DNA of 14,825 nucleotides from Escherichia coli (GTDB lineage Bacteria; Pseudomonadota; Gammaproteobacteria; Enterobacterales; Enterobacteriaceae): NCBI RefSeq assembly GCF_044324875.1, contig NZ_CP172189.1; one strand, 5' to 3'. Shown piece by piece: positions 1 to 5,933 of this stretch (position 1 is its first letter; each line of letters starts with the position of its first letter). The notes under the pieces were generated by a model. It saw only the letters and a program-made list of their open reading frames with translations, ran no database searches and was not told where the DNA came from. The position numbers and the translations under genes were made by a program.

Positions 1-6
1 AGAAGG

Positions 7-114
7 ACAGTATTTGGTATCTGCGCTCTGCTGAAGCCAGTTACCTTCGGAAAAAGAGTTGGTAGCTCTTGATCCGGCAAACAAACCACCGTTGGTAGCG
101 GTGGTTTTTTTGTT
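7..114 (+). ncRNA. RNA I, antisense replication-control RNA of a ColE1/pMB1-type origin (copy A); the origin body lies left of the window
   Basis: Sequence acagtatttggtatctgcgctctgctgaagccagttaccttcgg...ccaccgttggtagcggtggtttttttgttt matches the canonical ~108-nt RNA I almost base for base, with three stem-loops and a terminal T-run. Confidence 0.85.
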
Positions 115-170
115 TGCAAGCAGCAGATTACGCGCAGAAAAAAAGGATCTCAAGAAGATCCTTTAATCTT
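115..170 (-). promoter_or_regulatory. RNA II (primer) promoter of origin copy A
   Basis: On the minus strand: -35 TTGAGA (148-153), 17-bp spacer, -10 TAATCT (125-130), as in the pMB1/ColE1 RNA II promoter. Transcription runs leftward out of the window. Confidence 0.7.
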
Positions 171-172
171 TT

Positions 173-310
173 CTACTGAACCGCGATCCCCGTCAGTTTA
201 GAAGAGGAGGATGGTGCGATGGTCCCTCCCTGAACATCACGTATATAGTTAGCCTGACATCCAACAAGGAGGTTTATCGCGAATATTCCCACAAAAAATC
301 TTTTCCTCAT
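173..310 (-). CDS. kil: Colicin E1 lysis (release) lipoprotein, 45 aa
   Basis: Hand-translated minus-strand [48 protein letters not shown], too short for the ORF track. Lipobox LLVGC, AGGA ribosome-binding site 9 nt upstream, and position downstream of cea/imm next to the origin. Confidence 0.85.
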   Translation of the reverse strand: MRKRFFVGIFAINLLVGCQANYIRDVQGGTIAPSSSSKLTGIAVQ

Positions 311-357
311 AACTCGATCCTTATAAAATGAAAAGAATATATGGCGAGGTTTAATTT

Positions 358-699
358 ATGAGCTTAAGATACTACATAAAAAATATTTTATTTGGCCTGT
401 ACTGCACACTTATATATATATACCTTATAACAAAAAACAGCGAAGGGTATTATTTCCTTGTGTCAGATAAGATGCTATATGCAATAGTGATAAGCACTAT
501 TCTATGTCCATATTCAAAATATGCTATTGAATACATAGCTTTTAACTTCATAAAGAAAGATTTTTTCGAAAGAAGAAAAAACCTAAATAACGCCCCCGTA
601 GCAAAATTAAACCTATTTATGCTATATAATCTACTTTGTTTGGTCCTAGCAATCCCATTTGGATTGCTAGGACTTTTTATATCAATAAAGAATAATTAA
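358..699 (+). CDS. imm: Colicin E1 immunity protein, 113 aa, hydrophobic inner-membrane protein
   Basis: 113-aa hydrophobic ORF convergent with cea, with stop codons overlapping by 4 bp at 696-699. Size and sequence fit the ColE1 Imm; GAGG ribosome-binding site at 346-350. Confidence 0.9.
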   Translation: MSLRYYIKNILFGLYCTLIYIYLITKNSEGYYFLVSDKMLYAIVISTILCPYSKYAIEYIAFNFIKKDFFERRKNLNNAPVAKLNLFMLYNLLCLVLAIPFGLLGLFISIKNN

Positions 700-2264
700 A
701 TCCCTAACACCTCATTTATAGTATTAAGTTTATTCTTATCAATATAGGAGCATAGAATTCCTGTAACAATAGCAATACCCCAAATACCTAATGTAGTTCC
801 AGCAAGCAAGCTAAAAAGTAAAGCAACAACATAACTCACCCCTGCATCTGCAGCTTTCTTCTCTAATGTAAGAAATAGTGGCTTCCAGTCACCTGTATCC
901 TTAATTTTTAGGATATCAGATACCACATCATATCCAAAAGAAACATGCCCCGTAATCTTCAAGTACTTGGCAAACTGATCTAAATGTTTAGCCCAGTCAT
1001 CATACTTCACCGATGCCAACGCATTAAAAATAGCATCACGATCGGCTTTGCTGAATTTCTTATTTAAAACATCCTTGTATTTTTCAAAAGCAGCGAGAGC
1101 TTCATTCACATTGCCGATTTTCTTACCTTTAGACTTATCAGCAAGTTCCTGTGCCATTTTCGAATATTTTTCACCATATTTTTCAGTCAGCGTTTGATAA
1201 AAGCTAACTGTTGCATCAACAGCATCCTTAATCTGTGAATTAAGGAGATTATTCTGTGCTTTTTTCAAATTTTCTTCAGCTTCATGAACACGAGCGATAC
1301 CGGCATTACGATTATTACTGACCTGAGAAATAGCCTTCTGGATCTGAGTTATATCAGCATTTATCCGGTTAATACGTGTTTCTGATGCTGTTACCTGTTT
1401 TTGTTTTTCTTCTCTAATCTTACCGGCCCCAACCCGTCGTCTGGTTGCTTCAAAAAAAGGACGGTTCTGAAGCGGATCATTGGCTCTTGGTGATAGTTTT
1501 TTGACCAGCTCATCCAGTTCTTTATATTTAGCGGATGCCTGAGCCAGTTCATTTCGTTTTCCAGCGAGCGTTTTCATTTCTGCATCACGGGCATGGATAC
1601 TGGAGCTTAAACGAGAATTGAGAGTCTTAATCTCTCCATCCATTTTCACCACTTCAGATTGTGCAGCAGAAAGTTTTTTTTGGGCGATCTCAACAGCTTT
1701 AGCTTCTTCACTCAATGCAGCCAGTCGTTTCTCTTCAGCTTCAGCCAGTTTCAACTGGCGTTCTGTTTCAGCCTTCTCCCGTTCAATCTCTTTACGTCGT
1801 TGTTCTGCTTCCTGAAAAGCCTTTTCTGCTGCTTCCGCTTCTTTACGGGCTTTTTCTTCTGCTTTCGCAAGGCGCAAACGCTCTGCTTCCGCCTGCATAG
1901 CTGCATTATTAGCATGAGCAAGCTCTGTTGCTGAAGGCGTACGTGAGGCATTGTGACGAAGAGCCTCATTCACGATATCCTTCAGGCGCTGAGTCAGCGC
2001 ATCCCTGTTTGCCTTTGCTTTCGCCTGTGCTTCCGCTGCAGCTTTTGCCCGGGCAGCCTGCTCTGCCTGTGTTTTCTTTAATTGAGCAGTAGACCATTTA
2101 GCAGTTGCATGAATAGCTGCAGAACTTTCACTTTTACTGCCTCCTTTTCCACCTCCGCCGCCAGAGCCACTCCCGTCAGGAGTACCATTCAAAAGAGTAA
2201 TAATTACCTGTCCCTTATCATCATAAGGAACACCATCTTTATAGTACGCTACCGCGGTTTCCAT
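696..2264 (-). CDS. cea: Colicin E1, 522 aa pore-forming bacteriocin
   Basis: 522-aa ORF starting [42 protein letters not shown] (glycine-rich translocation region), with a long Ala/Glu/Lys coiled-coil and a C-terminal hydrophobic hairpin ([26 protein letters not shown]) typical of the channel domain. Preceded by LexA boxes. Confidence 0.95.
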   Translation of the reverse strand: METAVAYYKDGVPYDDKGQVIITLLNGTPDGSGSGGGGGKGGSKSESSAAIHATAKWSTAQLKKTQAEQAARAKAAAEAQAKAKANRDALTQRLKDIVNEALRHNASRTPSATELAHANNAAMQAEAERLRLAKAEEKARKEAEAAEKAFQEAEQRRKEIEREKAETERQLKLAEAEEKRLAALSEEAKAVEIAQKKLSAAQSEVVKMDGEIKTLNSRLSSSIHARDAEMKTLAGKRNELAQASAKYKELDELVKKLSPRANDPLQNRPFFEATRRRVGAGKIREEKQKQVTASETRINRINADITQIQKAISQVSNNRNAGIARVHEAEENLKKAQNNLLNSQIKDAVDATVSFYQTLTEKYGEKYSKMAQELADKSKGKKIGNVNEALAAFEKYKDVLNKKFSKADRDAIFNALASVKYDDWAKHLDQFAKYLKITGHVSFGYDVVSDILKIKDTGDWKPLFLTLEKKAADAGVSYVVALLFSLLAGTTLGIWGIAIVTGILCSYIDKNKLNTINEVLGI

Positions 2265-2310
2265 TATAAAATCCTCTTTGACTTTTAAAACAATAAGTTA
2301 AAAATAAATA

Positions 2311-2341
2311 CTGTACATATAACCACTGGTTTTATATACAG
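2311..2341 (-). promoter_or_regulatory. Tandem overlapping LexA (SOS) boxes in the cea promoter
   Basis: ctgtacatataaccactggttttatatacag carries two overlapping CTGT-N8-ACAG-type boxes. The minus strand has -35 TTGACA (2370-2375) upstream, then GAGGA and ATG at 2264. Confidence 0.85.
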
Positions 2342-2523
2342 CATAAAAGCTACGCCGCTGCATTTTCCCTGTCAAGACTGTGGACTTCCATTTTTGTGAA
2401 AACGATCAAAAAAACAGTCTTTCACACCACGCGCTATTCTCGCCCGATGCCACAAAAACCAGCACAAACATTACCGTTCTCAGACCTCATTATGTTTTAC
2501 TGAAACTATGAGATGAGACATCT

Positions 2524-2961
2524 ATGGGACACTGTCACTTTATGGCATGGCACACACTCCGGGACGCACTAAAAATGACAGGCAGATCGCGTTCACAGTT
2601 TTACCGTGATATGCGCGCAGGCCTTGTCAGTTACCGTACCGGCAGGGACGGACGACGGGAGTTTGAAACCAGTGAACTGATCCGGGCATACGGCGAATTA
2701 AAGCAGAATGAGACACCAGAAAGGCACAGTGAGGGACATGCAGAAAATCCACATGATCAGCAGACAGAACGCATTCTCCGGGAACTGAATGAGCTGAAAC
2801 AATGCCTGACGCTGATGCTTGAGGATAAACAGGCACAGGATATGGATCGCAGACGCCAGGAAGCAGAACGGGAACAGCTACAAAATGAGATAGCCCAGCT
2901 CAGGCAGGCACTGGAACTGGAAAAGAAACGGGGATTCTGGTCCAGGTTGTTCGGTCGCTGA
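2524..2961 (+). CDS. Hypothetical 145-aa protein with a probable N-terminal HTH (RSQFYRDMRAGLVSY) and a C-terminal charged coiled-coil; possibly the ColE1 exc1 product
   Basis: Intact ORF diverging from the cea promoter; position and size fit the ColE1 exc1 locus. Start codon uncertain (alternatives at Met7 and Met18). The assignment is from memory of plasmid layout, not a sequence match. Confidence 0.5.
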   Translation: MGHCHFMAWHTLRDALKMTGRSRSQFYRDMRAGLVSYRTGRDGRREFETSELIRAYGELKQNETPERHSEGHAENPHDQQTERILRELNELKQCLTLMLEDKQAQDMDRRRQEAEREQLQNEIAQLRQALELEKKRGFWSRLFGR

Positions 2962-3041
2962 ACGCTGTCAGAGACTGATGATAAAATAGTCTTCGGATAA
3001 TAACTCACCGAGAATAAATACTTTAAGGTAGGGAGACACTC

Positions 3042-3461
3042 ATGAGACGTACCGGAAACAAACTTTGTCTTATCGCCATGATAACAGCAACAGTAGCTCT
3101 CACAGCCTGTACCCCAAAGGGCAGCGTGGAACAACATACCCGGCATTACGTATATGCTTCTGATGACGGTTTTGATCCCAACTTTTCCACCCAAAAAGCC
3201 GACACAACACGAATGATGGTGCCTTTTTTTCGGCAGTTCTGGGATATGGGAGCTAAAGATAAAGCGACAGGAAAATCACGGAGTGATGTGCAACAACGCA
3301 TTCAGCAGTTTCACAGCCAGGAATTTTTAAACTCACTCCGGGGCACAACTCAATTTGCGGGTACTGATTACCGCAGCAAAGACCTTACCCCGAAAAAATC
3401 CAGGCTGCTGGCTGACACGATTTCTGCGGTTTATCTCGATGGCTACGAGGGCAGACAGTAA
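3042..3461 (+). CDS. Predicted lipoprotein, 139 aa; possibly the ColE1 exc2 (entry-exclusion) product
   Basis: Signal peptide MRRTGNKLCLIAMITATVALTAC with lipobox LTAC; GGGAGA ribosome-binding site upstream. Lies between the exc1-like ORF and cer. Confidence 0.55.
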   Translation: MRRTGNKLCLIAMITATVALTACTPKGSVEQHTRHYVYASDDGFDPNFSTQKADTTRMMVPFFRQFWDMGAKDKATGKSRSDVQQRIQQFHSQEFLNSLRGTTQFAGTDYRSKDLTPKKSRLLADTISAVYLDGYEGRQ

Positions 3462-3465
3462 GTGG

Positions 3466-3495
3466 ATTTACCATAATCCCTTAATTGTACGCACC
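3466..3495 (-). other. cer-type XerC/XerD multimer-resolution core site; accessory sequences probably extend to ~3700
   Basis: The reverse complement reads GGTGCGTACAA-TTAAGGGA-TTATGGTAAAT, the ColE1 cer core (XerC arm, 8-bp centre, XerD arm). The palindrome ctgaaatgcattcag at 3498-3512 sits in the accessory region. Confidence 0.8.
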
Positions 3496-3932
3496 GCTGA
3501 AATGCATTCAGCGCAATCACGGCAGCAGACAGGTAAAAATCGCAACAACCCCCCCGAAAAACTACCGCGATCGCGCCTGATAAATTTTAACCTTATGCAT
3601 ACCTATGCATCCAGGTGAATCACAAGCGAATTTCCTTACTGAGACGACTGAAACGGTTTTTTTTCACAATTTTCAGCTGTTTTCGATTCCACAAAATAGA
3701 AGTTACAGGATAGGGATTAATCCCCTTCGCCGCCAAGGGGAGCAGGATGAGTCAGGGGAATGTCTATTCACCTGCGCTGTACAGGCTGCCAGGTAAAAGT
3801 ATTCGCTGCGGCACGATACTCTTTTGCCCTCATAGCCTTTGCGCTTCTTACTTTTCGTTCTTCCAGAATCATTCTTAAGACATTTTCCCGCACTTTTCTC
3901 TAACTTCCCGTGGCAATTTATCTCTGCCGGAC

Positions 3933-4165
3933 TGAACCGCCCCGGAAATCCTGGAGACTAAACTTCCTGAGAAAGATGTAAACAGGATGACTAAAAATAC
4001 TCGTTTTTCCCCCGAAGTCCGTCAACGGGCAGTTCGTATGGTTCTGGAAAGCCAGGGCGAATATGACTCACAATGGGCGGCAATTTGTTCCATTGCTCCA
4101 AAGATTGGCTGTACGCCAGAGACCCTGCGTGTCTGGGTTCGCCAGCATGAGCGGGATACCGGGTA
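3933..4165 (+). mobile_element. IS3-family (IS629/IS1203-like) left-end remnant: left inverted repeat plus the first ~59 codons of orfA, then truncated
   Basis: TGAACCGCCCCGG...CTGGAGACTAAACTTCCTGAGAAAG is an IS3-family left terminus; orfA follows at 3987 and loses family similarity after ...RQHERDTG. Confidence 0.75.
3987..4163 (+). pseudogene. Truncated IS3-family transposase OrfA (N-terminal HTH part only)
   Basis: [59 protein letters not shown] matches the IS629-type OrfA N-terminus. The ORF then runs into unrelated sequence (YYLSKKF...) and stops. Confidence 0.75.
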
Positions 4166-4239
4166 TTACCTTTCGAAGAAATTTTTGACATCCTCTACGC
4201 CCTGAAGGACCGGGTTTTACGGCGTACCAGATAAAAAAA

Positions 4240-4258
4240 CCCCTCTACTGAAGAGGGG
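4240..4258 (-). terminator. Rho-independent terminator-like hairpin, minus-strand sense
   Basis: Stem CCCCTCT / AGAGGGG with a 5-nt loop, preceded on the plus strand by AAAAAAA (4233-4239), which is a T-run after the stem on the minus strand. Confidence 0.5.
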
Positions 4259-4389
4259 TAGTGTAAGGAACTTGCTGATTTTCTTGATATTATTAACCAT
4301 CAATAACTGAGCATACAAAAAATAACAAAACTCTGACACAGATACAACCATCCCTCTTTGTATAAGACCGATGTGCATCTCAAAAAAGA

Positions 4390-4467
4390 AGCGTGTTTCT
4401 GGAACACAGAACAACAATGCACATTGTAGCCAACAAATTCACACCAGAAACACGCTCTGTTTTTTAA
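4390..4467. other. Long inverted repeat (13-bp arms, ~41-nt loop) followed by a T-run; candidate structured RNA or bidirectional terminator
   Basis: agcgtgtttctgg (4390-4402) pairs with ccagaaacacgct (4444-4456), followed by ctgtttttt; an A-run (4382-4388) precedes it. The loop holds a second near-palindrome, caatgcacattg. Confidence 0.4.
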
Positions 4468-4977
4468 TTTACACAAGAATATATGTCTGGAAAATCAGGA
4501 AGAAGAAATTAATGGGCATTCTGTATACGAAGGGAGAGCGCGTTTCCGGTGCCCCATATTAGATATTATCCCTGCAACAAACACCAGAGACGCGCTCATA
4601 ATTCTTCTAGCGTAAATGATCCTTTCAGGCAAGAAAAAAGCCGTGATTCTGTATCACGGCCTTAATTTTATCGAAAACACGGATTTTAGTATGCACATGA
4701 CTGTACTCCTGTGGAGTACAAGGAAATCATAATCAGCGACCAAACCATTTATCAACAGAAAACCAACATATTGATGTTATTTTTGTGACAAATGTTACAA
4801 ATTCGAAACCACTGTATTTTTACTGCAACAAAATCTGGTTGATCTACAAGTTACACTGGGGTAAAAAGTTGTCCGGAATGTTTCTGCGTAGTAAAGCCTC
4901 TAGCCGGATTGCCTTTGCAAAAACGCAGGAACGTTCCCCCCTTCATCAGTACTCCTGACGCTGTAAGGAGCTGACTG

Positions 4978-5034
4978 ATGCAGACAGGGCTGATGATATC
5001 TAATAAAAGCTATCTCATTTTTGCGCGTACATAA
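4978..5034 (+). CDS. Candidate 18-codon small ORF (MQTGLMISNKSYLIFART) with a strong Shine-Dalgarno sequence; function unknown
   Basis: AAGGAG at 4965-4970, 7 nt before the ATG at 4978; the terminator-like hairpin at 5060-5088 follows ~25 nt downstream. Speculative. Confidence 0.25.
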   Translation: MQTGLMISNKSYLIFART

Positions 5035-5059
5035 AATAAATCAGGCACTTCCCTACACT

Positions 5060-5088
5060 CCCCCTCCGGAATTGAGGGGGTTTTCTTT
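5060..5088 (+). terminator. Rho-independent terminator-like hairpin
   Basis: CCCCCTC-cggaatt-GAGGGGG followed by TTTTCTTT. Confidence 0.55.
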
Positions 5089-5204
5089 ACAATGTAAATA
5101 AATTGCTTGCGTAAAGTTCAAAAAAACTGCAAATTTTTACTGTAGTGTCGAGCTTCATGTAGCTCACCAGGGCATGGACTAAAAAGAAGTAAACCCATCT
5201 TTTA

Positions 5205-5228
5205 CCCCCCTTATACGGGGGGTTCTTT
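5205..5228 (+). terminator. Rho-independent terminator-like hairpin
   Basis: CCCCCC-ttatac-GGGGGG followed by TTCTTT. Confidence 0.5.
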
Positions 5229-5523
5229 ATAGCACAAAGAACACTTATAATTTATCATCTCACAGCTATAAATATAAAAGAATAATATTCTAAACTACAG
5301 TTATTTATGCAGAACATAACATCAAACTCACAATAAATATAAAACAATTATTTTATAACTGTTCACTTATTATATTCAGACATATCAGAAACACGACTCA
5401 ATTCTTTTTTATTTAACAAAATCCATAAAAAACTTATGGTTGAAATCACATTTAAACTGTGAAGGATATCATCCGGAGAAATTTTTCAATCCGACACTCC
5501 ATAGAATGGACCTTTAAGACTTT

Positions 5524-5551
5524 ATCCTCATCATGTATGAGGATTTTTTTC
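5524..5551 (+). terminator. Rho-independent terminator-like hairpin
   Basis: ATCCTCAT-catgt-ATGAGGAT followed by TTTTTTT. Confidence 0.5.
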
Positions 5552-5933
5552 TGGCAAACAGTATCTTTCAGTAATCCTTGCTCAGTTCCGATTCTGACGT
5601 ATCCCCGTGTGGATCTGAAAAGGAGATAATTACGCTCTGTGGCCAACAGGAATAACTCAAGCAGCTCCTCTCTGATACCATCAGAAGAAGCATTAAACGC
5701 ATTCTGGCGTCGATTACAGAAGAAGCGGAACGCGTTCCAGGCTCCTGTTGCTATACACACTACCCACACTAACCCCATGGTTTTTGAGCGCCAGAAACGC
5801 GTCCGTATGCGTTTTAACGCGTTCCTGTGTTTTCAGCAAGGCCTGACTGAAGCTCGTTCCTAGTGCCCTGAACCAACCATTATCCAAAAAAATGCACCGG
5901 AAACGCGCTGACAACACTTTAGCCTGTCTTTGG

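Noticed and set aside
1618-1969. ORFs 1618-1815, 1659-1934, 1715-1900 (+) and 1751-1969 (-) inside cea
   Set aside because: They lie antisense or out of frame within the colicin E1 coding region. Their low-complexity products (S/F/L-rich or K/R-rich) are artefacts of the repetitive Ala/Glu/Lys-coding DNA.
2082-2288. 68-aa ORF on the plus strand across the cea start
   Set aside because: Antisense to the cea 5' end and promoter; no support.
3355-3796. ORFs 3355-3618 and 3605-3796 (+)
   Set aside because: They overlap the cer core and accessory region and the exc2-like 3' end; the cer region is a recombination site and small-RNA promoter, not a protein gene.
3991-4562. ORFs 3991-4191 (-), 4217-4417 (-), 4371-4562 (+)
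   Set aside because: The first is antisense to the IS3 orfA remnant. The others cross terminator-like hairpins and have no ribosome-binding site or recognisable features.
4810-4835. Possible LexA box ctgtatttttactgca
   Set aside because: It has CTGT followed by 8 nt but ends TGCA rather than ACAG, so it is not a consensus SOS operator.
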